DNA of 32,414 nt, taken from Octopus bimaculoides. Its lineage: Eukaryota. Position 1 is the stretch's first letter. Each line of letters starts with the position of its first letter. The translations under genes and the position numbers were made by a program. Of the stretch, positions 10,556-21,591 are shown one piece after another. The stretch is taken from the NCBI RefSeq assembly GCF_001194135.2, contig NC_068983.1, positions 154,090,434 to 154,122,847 of the forward strand. The letters run 5' to 3'. The notes beneath the pieces are model-generated. The model was not told the DNA's origin, made no database searches, and saw only the letters and a program-made list of their open reading frames with translations.

Positions 10556-11699
10556 AATGAGTTCTATGTATACATGTATGCTTAAATGGATGTATGGATG
10601 AATGGATGAATGCACGAAAGCATGCATGGATGAATGTATTTATATACATACATACATACATACATACATACATACATACATACATACATACCAGGGGTTG
10701 TATTGGTGGATGTATTTAATTAATTCAATGATGAAAAATTTTGTGAACGTCACGACTTTTGGTGTCAGTTGAAACTGATAAGTCAGAGATAGTAATTTTA
10801 ATGTAAGTTCTATCAAAAAGATTCTTCATATTTTGTTGGATCCTTATTTAACGAGTGTTGTAAGTGTGAGCAGAGCGAATAGTTTCTTCTCTTTTTTTTT
10901 TTTTTGCCTAAGTTATAAAGTTCTCTGACGTGGTTCAATGTTAAGTGTGATACAACCGCTAAGAAGAAGAAAAAAAAAACAAGAATAAAATACAGTTCCT
11001 TATACTTCTAGAAGTTGGTTCACTTTCATATGGTTACAAGTGTGTCAATAAAATTGGTTAATACAACATTACAACCGGGAAATTTAACCGAGATTAGTGA
11101 GTTTAGTTAAATTTATGGCCATTATTTTTCATGGCAATTAAAGTTAATGACTTTTGAATCACAAGACATGAGCTTTAATGGTTATTTGAAGAAATACTCA
11201 CAGACTCAGAATGAATGTGTAATCAAAGGTGACCTACATCTCGCTTTAAAGTAACAAGTGACGGGCTAAAGAAAGAATGAGAGAAAAGTGAAGAAATCAC
11301 AAGCACAACAGGAAAACAAAAAATAATTATGTTGAATTAACACCTTCGACATTCGATAACAAAAACTACAAAACTCTTGTAATTAGTTCTTTCGTTGCAG
11401 AACCAAAGCGAATGACACCGAAAATTTGAAATAAATGCGGAAGGTGAAATAAAGTGGTGTTCTCCAATACACTAATTAATCGACTGCTAATCAATAGTGA
11501 ATGCCACGCCTTGTATAAATGGATATTTGCTTAACGACAACATTCCGGTTTCATTCCTAATTCATTCATTCACACACTCGTTTATTCTGTCGTTGAACCA
11601 ATCAGCTATTCTTTTATTCCTTATTTCTTCCTTGATTTGATTCGAGCAACAACGCCTGGAATCGCCAGAAAAACTTGTTTACTTGCACTTGGTTCCAAA

Positions 11700-11732
11700 G
11701 TACATACATACTTACACGCACACATACATACA

Positions 11733-11766
<34 letters not shown>

Positions 11767-11815
11767 CGTACATACAAACATACATATGGATATACATACG
11801 TACGTATGCCTTTGT
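11700..11815. repeat. (TACA)n microsatellite, decayed
   Basis: Direct reading; a similar run lies at about 10647-10690. Confidence 0.9.
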
Positions 11816-11902
11816 ATGCCTTTAAGTATGTGTGTGTCAATGGTTCCATTGTTTAAGTCGTGATCGTTTATATATCCCTTAATTGAAGGTTGAAATGTGA
11901 AT

Positions 11903-12027
11903 CGATAACATAAGTATGAGAATGAAATAATTACTGGGATCAATATGATCGACTAAAAACACTTCAAAGCGCTACAAAAGAATAGCCGCAGGTCAATCAT
12001 TGAAACCAGTAAAAGAATGAAAGAATG
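11903..12027 (+). mobile_element. SINE family A-like 3' end, decayed
   Basis: CGATAACATAAGTA...TACTGGGATCAATATGATCGACTAAAAA...TGAAACCAGTAAAAGAAT parallels 110-229 and 16680-16790. Confidence 0.45.
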
Positions 12028-12857
12028 TAAATACGTGATAAAAGCAACAGAAAAATCTATACATTAGAGTGAATATTGACTCTTAATTTTTGTGCAAAAT
12101 ATCGCTGCTAAAGAGTACAATGAAATAAATGTACGTTTGCATGTTTGCAATAATATTGTCGCTTGCATCGTGTTGTTGTATCAGGAAGTGTGCGTCAGCT
12201 ATCAGTTCTTATTGTGAGCGATTTGTTATATGTTAATCAGTCATAACATTTAAACGAATATGGATGTCAGGTTTATTACGATTACAACTTGTTTCGAAAA
12301 TTTCGATAAAAATGTGTCAGCGAAATTTGGATCAAGTGAAATAGTTTATTGATGGATGCATGAAACAGAAAGGACATTAACTTAAAATATGGGTCGAGAA
12401 AGACAGTTAATTATATATATGCAGATCCATATGTAAGGTCATAGATATATGTAGTGTATAATATAAAATGATAATATAGGAGGAACTTGGTTTAATATAT
12501 AGGTTATTTGCATAACGCTTAATGGAAATTTTATCAAGATTTCGAACTATAGTCACTCACTAGACGAAAGGAAAATTTATACGAGTTTGGAAGTGATGTG
12601 GTCAATGTAATAGAGAGAGTGTCATAAAACAGATGGAGTGGGATTAAAAAAGGAGGAACGGTTGAGTTTATAGTTGTACTTATAGGAGTGTAGCTGTGTC
12701 TAGAAGCGGTCACCAAGGGAGAGTTGTGGGTATGTGTATTTTCGTATGATATATGTGTAGAAAAGTGGAAATGGTGGGTGTATGTAAGGAGGTGAGAAGG
12801 GAACATGTGTGAAGGAAAAAATGCCAGTAACTCGATTCAGATCGCAGGAGCAATGAA

Positions 12858-12911
12858 GATGTGTGTGTGTGTTTGTGTGCGTGCGTGCGTGCGTGCGTGT
12901 ATATGTGTGTA

Positions 12912-12944
<33 letters not shown>

Positions 12945-12975
12945 CGTGTGTGTGTGTGTGTGTGCGCGCGCGTCT
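12858..12975. repeat. (TG)n/(TGCG)n microsatellite
   Basis: Direct reading. Confidence 0.92.
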
Positions 12976-14006
12976 GCAGGTTGAAGACAAAAGTACGTAG
13001 GAGTGTGGAACGTTTTAACAAACTAAACGTTTAAAGTAGAATAGGGAAAAGAGAGGGAAAACGAGAAACAGTACGAATTATACAAAAACAAATAATACAA
13101 AACTACACTGCACCGTGTGTCGAAACTATGGTAAGGAATTAGAGAAATTCACCGAGAAGAGATAGTTGTGATGAGAAACTGGCATCAGAGGAGAAATAGA
13201 AAAATTGAAGAGGTTTAAAGCTAGAATTGTCACAGGGGTTAGTGAAGACAAAATTATCTTCTTTTAAAGAAGATTGGAGAATAAAGGAAGAGAACCAGAA
13301 GGAGTAATGTGGATGTTGGCAAGCTTATGTGTCAGATGTGAGGAGTTGTTTAAGGTATGTAGCAAAACATGGCAGGAGTGCAGGAGAGAAGAATTTCATT
13401 GTAAGCGTGCGTACTAGCTGTGACTGAGGGGTTTCTGCATAAAGATGCATGTACCTGTGTGTATGTGTTCCGAAATGGAGAACGGGATTGTATGTAAAAG
13501 AGACCAACTGTATGTTTGTGTGAGCATGTGTATATGTGACGAATGGATGGGTGTGAATATGTGTATATTCGTGTGCCAGTTTGTCTGTTTGTCAAAGAGA
13601 CAAGACTGTTGATGAACAGATATATGTGCATGGACGTGTTTAATGTACGAAATGTGAGAGGGTATGTATATGATACCATAAAATTTTGTGTGAGTATGCG
13701 TACGTTAGTATACCGATGTACGCGTGTTTGTGCCAAGAATACAAGAATTTCGAATAAAAACGTGTGTATATGTATGTACACAGTTGAAAGGTGTAAATGT
13801 ACGCGGGTGGGGCAACCTAGAACAGATGTGTGTATGTGTGTATGTGTGTGTGTGTGTGTGTAAGATGTATGAGTGTGTTTAGCTTGTAGGTGTGAGTATG
13901 GTGCAGAGTGAGATGTATGTAGTGAAGAAAAGTGTGAGTGGGTTGTAAGGTGCTGCTTGGGAGAAAGGGAGACCAGTAAATGGAGGAAGTAAATGGAGGA
14001 AGTGTA

Positions 14007-14172
14007 TGACTGCGGTCATGCTGGATCACCGCTCTTAGTCGCAAAACTCAACCCCAGGACTTATTCTATGTAAGCCTAGTAATTATCCCATCGGGCTCTT
14101 TTGCTGAACTGCTAGGTTACGTTGATGAAGCGCACCAAGCGATGATGAGGGGGAGACAAACACAGACACAAC

Positions 14173-14252
<80 letters not shown>

Positions 14253-14379
14253 NNNNNNNNNNTGGTCGCCCCGAGGCTATAGTAGACGACACTTTCCCAA
14301 GGTGCCACGCAGTGGGACTGAACCGGGAACCATGTTGTTGGTAAGCAAGCTACTTACCACACAGCCATTCCTGCGCCTA
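14007..14379 (-). mobile_element. SINE family A (tRNA/CORE-type) with internal (CA)n(TA)n
   Basis: Minus-strand head TAGGCGCAGGAATGGCTGTGTGGTAAG (A box), GGTTCAGTCCC (B box) and CORE-like GCACCTTGGGAAAGTGTC. It has an internal microsatellite and a 10-N gap. Confidence 0.92.
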
Positions 14380-14615
14380 TGTATATGTATGTTTAAAGAA
14401 CATTGTCAGTCTGAAACTATGTCATGTCGATAAGTTGTTTTCGAGTGCAAATCTTACTCTCCTGTAAAAATAAAAAAACATATTAATTGAAACAAAAGAA
14501 CATAATATATATTATGTCCCATTAATAAAGGATGTGCAAAAATGAACACAAGTAAAATTGAATACAAATGGTTATAAGTTACCAAAAATAAGTTTAATAT
14601 ATACCAGAAGTAAAG

Positions 14616-14828
14616 TGACGAGGTGGCAGAAACGTTAGCATGCCGGGCGGAAGGCTTAGCGATATTTCGTTTGTCTTTACGTTGAGTTCAAATTACGCCG
14701 CGGTCGACTTTGCCTTTCTTCTTTTCGTGGTCGATAAATTAAGTACCAGTTGCGTACTGGGGTCAATCTAATCGACTGTTCCCCTCCCAAAAAATTTCGA
14801 GCTTTGTGCCTAAAGTAGAAAAGGATAT
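14616..14828 (+). mobile_element. SINE family C, full length
   Basis: Head GGTGGCAGAAACGTTAGCA, B box GAGTTCAAAT, central GTCGACTTTGCCTTTC..TTTCG.GGTCGATAAATTAAGTACCAG, tail TTTGTGCCTAAAGTAGAAA. Several related copies occur in the window. Confidence 0.92.
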
Positions 14829-15788
14829 ATAGCAGAAATAGAAAAGTTTAGAAATAAATGACAGTGTGCAAGTGGTTTAGACAAATAGGAAAAGGAACTG
14901 TGCGAAGTGAATACGCTAGAATGAATCTGCGAATACACACTATTATAAGTTAATATTAAAGCAGATTAACTTTATTAACAGATTACGTCAAAGTGTATTA
15001 AATAAATAATTATTTTTTAATGGTGTTTATATTAAAATTGCGCTAACTACGATTTTGAATATGGAGATGTACGAGTATATAGAATCTGAAATAATTATTG
15101 GTGTTAGTGGTGGGTGAAAAAGATTAATGAGTTAAACAAATCTTATGAAGCTTAATAAACAGCAATTTCCAGGAATATTTAGTTGGTTGATTTCATACCT
15201 TGAAGTATTAAATTTCAATCAAATGTTAAATAAAATTAACAGTTTAATAGATTGATTTAATGATTCAAAGATCCATATCCCTCCTATGGTACTAATTCCG
15301 AATGTATATTATAATTGAAGGCTAAACATAAAGCTTGATATCCTTCTGAATTGCACAGGTGACAAGAATTTTTATTGTTGTAAAGTTTTACAAAAAATAA
15401 CGATTTGCTATTGTGTATGAATAGGTGTGCCAACTCAAGATTAAATTCATGATAGTGTGGATACTGCTATTTTTTGATTTCGAAAAGCATGTGCGTGTAA
15501 AAAAACAAAAACACCATTTTAAAAAGAATTAACTTTATAGGAACCTATAGACGAGCTTGCTTTGACAATGTTACAATAACTCAAAGAGAACATACTTTCT
15601 TTTATCATATTTGCAATATCGTGTATTTCGTAAGATACTTCTATAACATACCGTTCTTAAAATTAGTAGTCACCTTGATATAAACAATCTATGTTCATCC
15701 ACAGCTACCGTAATACCATTCTTTTTATTTCATCTGAAGTATGTTGATTATGCGCACTAATGCGGGCAAATTTCTGTTGTGTTTACAT

Positions 15789-16790
15789 ACGGCGCATGAA
15801 CAGCTGTGTGGTGAGAAGCTTGCTTGGCAATGACACGGTTCCGGATTCAGTCCAATGGTGTGGAACGTAGGACAAATGTTTTCTACTATTGCCTCGTGAA
15901 GATAATAGCCTTGTGATGGTAAAGAGAACTCAAAAGAACCCCGTCGTATNNNNNNNNNNNNNNNNNNNNNNNNNNNNNNNNNNNNNNNNNNNNNNNNNNN
16001 NNNNNNNNNNNNNNNNNNNNNNNNNNNNNNNNNNNNNNNNNNNNNNNNNNNNNNNNNNNNNNNNNNNNNNNNNNNNNNNNNNNNNNNNNNNNNNNNNNNN
16101 NNNNNNNNNNNNNNNNNNNNNNNNNNNNNNNNNNNNNNNNNNNNNNNNNNNNNNNNNNNNNNNNNNNNNNNNNNNNNNNNNNNNNNNNNNNNNNNNNNNN
16201 NNNNNNNNNNNNNNNNNNNNNNNNNNNNNNNNNNNNNNNNNNNNNNNNNNNNNNNNNNNNNNNNNNNNNNNNNNNNNNNNNNNNNNNNNNNNNNNNNNNN
16301 NNNNNNNNNNNNNNNNNNNNNNNNNNNNNNNNNNNNNNNNNNNNNNNNNNNNNNNNNNNNNNNNNNNNNNNNNNNNNNNNNNNNNNNNNNNNNNNNNNNN
16401 NNNNNNNNNNNNNNNNNNNNNNNNNNNNNNNNNNNNNNNNNNNNNNNNNNNNNNNNNNNNNNNNNNNNNNNNNNNNNNNNNNNNNNNNNNNNNNNNNNNN
16501 NNNNNNNNNNNNNNNNNNNNNNNNNNNNNNNNNNNNNNNNNNNNNNNNNNNNNNNNNNNNNNNNNNNNNNNNNNNTATATTTGTGTGTGTGAGTCTTTTT
16601 GTCCATGTTTGTACCATACCACTGCTTGACAACTGGTGTTGGTGTTCTGACGCCCACTTAACTTCGTGGTTAGACTAAACACAGAATAAATACCAAGCTT
16701 TATAAACTTCATTCGAATGAAAAAAATCTTCAAGGTAGTGCTCTAGCATGACCACAGTCTAATGACTGAAGGAAGTAAAAGCTAGAAAAT
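15789..16790 (+). mobile_element. SINE family A, spanning an assembly gap
   Basis: Head GGCGCATGAACAGCTGTGTGGTGAG...GATTCAGTCC up to CCCGTCGTAT, then Ns at 15950-16575, then the 3' half (GCTTGACAAC...ATGACTGAAGGAAGTAAAA). Confidence 0.8.
15950..16575. other. Assembly gap (626 N)
   Basis: Run of N. Confidence 1.
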
Positions 16791-17048
16791 ATTCTACTTT
16801 TGAAAAAATTAAATTAAATTCAAAAAAGTTATTAAAATACCACTTTTGTAATTATCATTCCAGATGTAATGTCGTGAATATTTAATCTATAAATAATAGA
16901 TCTTTCAAACTAAAATGATAATCAGGGGAAGACCTGGAGTACATTGAGTGCGTTGATGAGATCGTGAAAGGCGATGAAATAACTTTAAGAAACCTAGCTG
17001 ATTTAATTATTAACTATTCATCAGACATTTGGCTAGGTAACAATTCAC

Positions 17049-17603
17049 TAATAATATTCCTTTCAACTATAGGCACGACTGTAACTTATTTTATCGACCC
17101 CGAAAGGATGAAAGAAGGAATTTGAACTCAAAATATTTTGTTGTTGGCACTCCGTCGATTACGACGACGAGGGTTCCAGTTGATCCGATCAACGGAACAG
17201 CCTGCTCGTGAAATTAACGTGCAAGTGGCTGACCAATCCGAAGACACGTGTATCCTTAACGTAGTTCTCGGGGATATTCAGCGTCAGACAGAGTGTGACA
17301 AGGCTGGCCCTTCGAATTACAGGTACAACAGAAACAGGAAGTAAGAGTGAGAGAAAGTTGTGGTGGAAGAGTACAGCAGGGTTCGCCACCATCCCCTGCC
17401 AGAACCTCGTGGAGCTTTAGGTGTTTTCGCTCAATAGACACTCACAACGCCCGGTCTGGGAATCGAAACCGCGATCCTATGACCGCGAGTCCACTGCCCT
17501 AACCACTGGGCCATTGCACTTCTGGACTCAGAATATAAAGCCGGAATAAATACCGCGAAATATTTTGTCCGGCGTACTAGCGATTATGCCTGCACGCCGC
17601 CTT
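17049..17603 (-). mobile_element. SINE family C (host), split by a family D insertion
   Basis: The head part at 17523-17603 and the body/tail at 17049-17136 join into one copy colinear with 17614-17833. Confidence 0.8.
17137..17522 (-). mobile_element. SINE family D (tRNA-derived), full length and little diverged
   Basis: Minus-strand A box TGGCCCAGTGG, B box GTTTCGATTCC, 3' stem-loop CGTCG-TAAT-CGACG and (CAA)n tail. It is flanked by a 14-bp TSD (12/14 identical). Confidence 0.92.
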
Positions 17604-17613
17604 AAATTAACTA

Positions 17614-17833
17614 ATAATAACCCTTTCTTCTAAAGGCACGAGACCTGAAATTCTGTGGTGGGGCTAGTCAATTACATTGACCCCAGTGCATAACTGATAT
17701 TTATTTCATCGACCCCGAAAGGATGAGAGGCAAAGTCGACATCGGTGGAATTTGAACTCAGAACACAAGGACCGACTAAATGCCGGAAAGCATTTTATCC
17801 GTCACGTTAACGATTCTGTTAGCCCGCCGCCTT
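17614..17833 (-). mobile_element. SINE family C, full length
   Basis: Reverse complement of 14616-14828 (ATCGACCCCGAAAGGATGAGAGGCAAAGTCGAC...ATTTGAACTCAGAAC...CGCCGCCTT). Confidence 0.9.
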
Positions 17834-18394
17834 AGATTACCTAATAATAATAAAAGTGAAATAGAATCAGTTGACTATTATTATAATGACCCTCTCGTGA
17901 TACAACAAAATAATCCGATATTATGTTAAAGTAGATCAACTTTGAATGACTATAAATCGAGTACCTCAATTTTCTTGTATGAAAACGATTAATAAAATAT
18001 ACCTTCATTTGTAACATCAGGAATTCGGTAAAATAAAACTTGCTAGTCACTCTATTGAAATTGACACATATGCCTTAACCTGAACTAAGTTTCTCAAACA
18101 AAACTCTGACCATATATTTAATCACAGCCCGTCACTTCTCCGCCTATTAACTATGCATTCAACGCCACGGAATTTCGGCTATTACTCGTCATTCTACATT
18201 ATTATTTATATCGGTAATTCGATTGCACTATTAAGACAAATGATCTTGATCTTCAGTAACTCTAGCATCTTTATATAAAACAGATGAATATTTTTGATAG
18301 CAATTTATCTTTTTGGTAAAACATCGAAGTCGCAATCACATCTTACATAGACGCATATGCGTATATTTCTAACGGTAATGCGTATAAAACATAT

Positions 18395-18438
18395 ATGCAT
18401 ATATATATGTATGTGTGCGTGTGTATGTGTGTGTGTGT

Positions 18439-18480
<42 letters not shown>
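18395..18480. repeat. (TA)n/(TG)n microsatellite
   Basis: Direct reading. Confidence 0.92.
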
Positions 18481-18481
<1 letters not shown>

Positions 18482-20512
18482 ATATTTATCAGATTATTGT
18501 CATTACCTAATTTGATATGTCTGCAGAAAAGTGGAGGAAAAATCGCACAGCATCCGCTTGCCAAAATCTCAACGTAGACGCAATGGAGAGTTACTAACGC
18601 ATTACGTTTTAGCCAGTCAGCCATTACTACTGTTAATTCACCAAAAATAATGCTGTCTTTGAATGTGTGAATTGAGCTAGTAGGTGCGTGGAAAAACAAG
18701 GCGAACATATTTACTGAACTAAATATCAGCTCTTAGCATACAGCATCTTAGCGTACGTTCAAACACATTTATCAATATATAGTCACACACAAACACATAC
18801 ACAAACACACATATACGTACACACATACATACATACATACCTATATACAAACGTGTGATTTGACAACAAAATAATGTAATACGAAGGCGAAAACGACTTA
18901 TATAATAATGTATTGCAATTCACTAAAAATATGTCTTTCGGCCACTGTAAAATACTATACTTTAAACACAGGAGGGACACATTTAAACACGGTAAACACA
19001 AATACACGTTTGAATTTCTTGGTACCGATAATAGTGCGACCTCACGGTGGCGTAAACCACCGATGTAAGAGCAATTACTGCGCATAGGCACATTTTTCAC
19101 AATTTATTACCTTCTATGTCTTTTTAATGACTAATTCATGCATATTTTCACATTTACTGTATTTCATTTTCATTTCAAGGTTTGGCTTTTATTTGTTCTC
19201 TTTTTAAATAAAAACAATTATGCTTTAAATATATGCTCACTGACACTGACACCGTCAGATATATTGATTATATATACTCTCACAAACATACTCCCATCCT
19301 TAACTTCTCATACAAATGGCCACACATGGGACTAATTTTGATACAGACTCAGAGTAGGCGTGAAGGACAGAGAGTATGTCATTGATAAGGTCGCGACGGA
19401 GATGAAAGGATTCTGACAAACAACTGACTAATTTTCTGGTCAACGAATTAGACAAGCGATCGATTAGATTGTTGGTTAGGTTAGCTTTATATCAGGATCA
19501 AAGTGGATTAGATAGCTGAATACTACGTCACTTTACGTTGAGAATACCTTTCATATCAATTCGTTATGCATAAAAGCACACTTTTTTATATCAATGAGTT
19601 GTCTGCTATGGGCACCAGAACTGCTTTTGGTGTTAATACTGCTTATGCCACTGGTAATTATTTTTTTATTAGTATGTTGTCTATTTGCGATATCAGCTCC
19701 TGGACTGTCACAGAAATTCATATATTGCTAGCAGCCAAATTTCGTTATTTGCGAATAAGTTAACGTTATCAAAGCAATTCAAAATGGAGTAAATTCAAAG
19801 TGAACAAAGAAAAAAGACCTTTCAGAAGGAACATAATATTCTAAGAAAAGCCGTCAGTATATAACGAAAGATTTAAAAAATAACGATTGGAATTCTACCT
19901 CATCTATTGAATATGGTAAAATATTTAGAAAACGTATGCATAGGAAAAGCAATTATAGACAATGGATTATTTAGTACTGAAATATCTAAATGTTCTTCTA
20001 TATTTGTGAGAACATTTCAATGTAAAATTACTTTTACAATTCAATAGTAGTAATTTAGAAGTAATTATTTAATACATTTCTTGACAACACACATCGCATA
20101 TAAGATTACCGTATTGTTTGATGGTTCGTAACTAATAATGGAGCACTTTAAATCATAATTAATGTTTACTTAGGTTTGTAGAACTACATTTACTTCCATA
20201 CGTAAATGAATGAAAATGGCTATGTAATCTCGATTTGCAAATTGTAGCAGACGAGCTTATGTAATAAAACACATGACCCCCTGTTATGGCCTTACAGTGA
20301 TACAATTCTTCCTCAAACATTGATTTTTTTTAAAGGACAGATAATTTTGTTTCTGAAATTACAAAGGCTTGTATGTGGCACTCATGGTTAAGGAAGTTAG
20401 TACTAATCGTCCTCACAAAAATAGGTATTAAGGCAGGATTATTAGCATATTATAATCAATATTATTACTAGATGTAATATTTAGAACTGAACGTGCATGC
20501 CTGTGTGTATAA

Positions 20513-20534
20513 ACACACACATACACACACACAT

Positions 20535-20578
<44 letters not shown>

Positions 20579-20608
20579 GCGTGTGTGTTTGTGTGTGTGT
20601 GTATGTGT
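20513..20608. repeat. (CA)n(TA)n(TG)n quasi-palindromic microsatellite
   Basis: Direct reading. Confidence 0.92.
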
Positions 20609-20613
20609 AAATA

Positions 20614-21488
20614 CAGGGAGCGTTGAATAAACGCTTGTCAAAATTATACAAAAATGAAAATAACGCTGATGTCTCATTTTAACTGATATATTTACAAAAT
20701 TACATAAACCTATCTTGAATTACTAAAGCGTAAATGTATTCAATAACATCGTCGTTGCATTCACCCACGGCCTCCAGACGTCTTTGGAATCGCCTGAAAA
20801 TTTTCTGGAAGGTTGCCATGTTTAAGTTGGTGAATGCTGACATAATTCTTGCCTTCAGTTCAGCTTTCATGTCACAAAGAATTTTGCTGGTCTCTCGCTC
20901 AATTGCACCCCACACATAATAATCAAGAGGGTTGCAGTCTGGTGTATTAGGTGGCCAAACGTTAGGGGGTGATGTGATCGCAGAAATTGTCTGACAGCCA
21001 TGTCTGGATTCTTCTGCTTTTATGGCATGGTGCACTGTTCTGTTGCCAGGTATATGTCTTCACTCTTGACCCAGGGCAGCATTAAATCCTCCAGGCATTT
21101 GGTGTAGGCCTCTGCGTTGAGTCTGTTGCTGTGTGAGAAAATGAATGGAGGCATATCGTCGCCATCACTAGTGATACCTCCAAACACTATGATGTTGACT
21201 GGATGCTTGATTTTTACCAATGTCGGTACATGTTCTAGGGACACGGGAAGCCAACAATTATTTTGTGTTCACCATCTGTTCATATTGGAGCTTCTGGTGT
21301 GAATGCTAAGTAGTACAGCATTTCGTTTCCAAATTTCTGGGAAAGTGAATTGCGTCATGGTGCTGTTTTTCATACAGACGGTGCCAACTGATCCTACTAT
21401 ATTTTGTAGTTGACAAAATCAAAAACAAACAAAGCGCATGTGTGAAATCAAAAATATCAAATAGCGACAATTTACCCATCAAACTCTG
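20614..21488 (-). mobile_element. Tc1/mariner DD37D (maT) transposon, internally deleted and non-autonomous
   Basis: TA flanks at 20612-13 and 21489-90, with imperfect TIRs CAGGGAGCGTTGAATAAA and CAGAGTTTGATGGGTAAA. Transposase: KHPVNIIVFGGITSDGDDMPPFIF...WQQNSAPCH...WPPNTPDCNPLDYYVWG. There are 37 residues between the second D position (now N) and the third D after correcting one frameshift. Confidence 0.93.
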
Positions 21489-21489
21489 T

Positions 21490-21591
21490 ATGCATGTATG
21501 TATGTATGCACGTATATATGTGTGTGTGTGTGCCTATATGTATGCATGCATACATGTATGTATGTATGTATGTATGCATGTATGTATGTAT
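21490..21591. repeat. (ATGT)n microsatellite
   Basis: Direct reading; it lies between the transposon and the RTE fragment. Confidence 0.92.

Noticed and set aside
15455-15495. RT-like motif xDFxKAF (GATTTCGAAAAGCATG)
   Set aside because: It needs a frameshift and a substitution, and no flanking RT motifs support it.
17450-17520. tRNA gene calls for A/B-box heads (also at about 2640-2715, 10272-10345, 14310-14379 and 27822-27885)
   Set aside because: All continue into SINE bodies, and none shows a complete cloverleaf with a proper acceptor stem.
19045-19062. GC hairpin CGGTGG-CGTAAA-CCACCG as a Helitron 3' end or hammerhead stem II
   Set aside because: There is no CTRR terminus at the expected distance and no CUGANGA/GAAA core.
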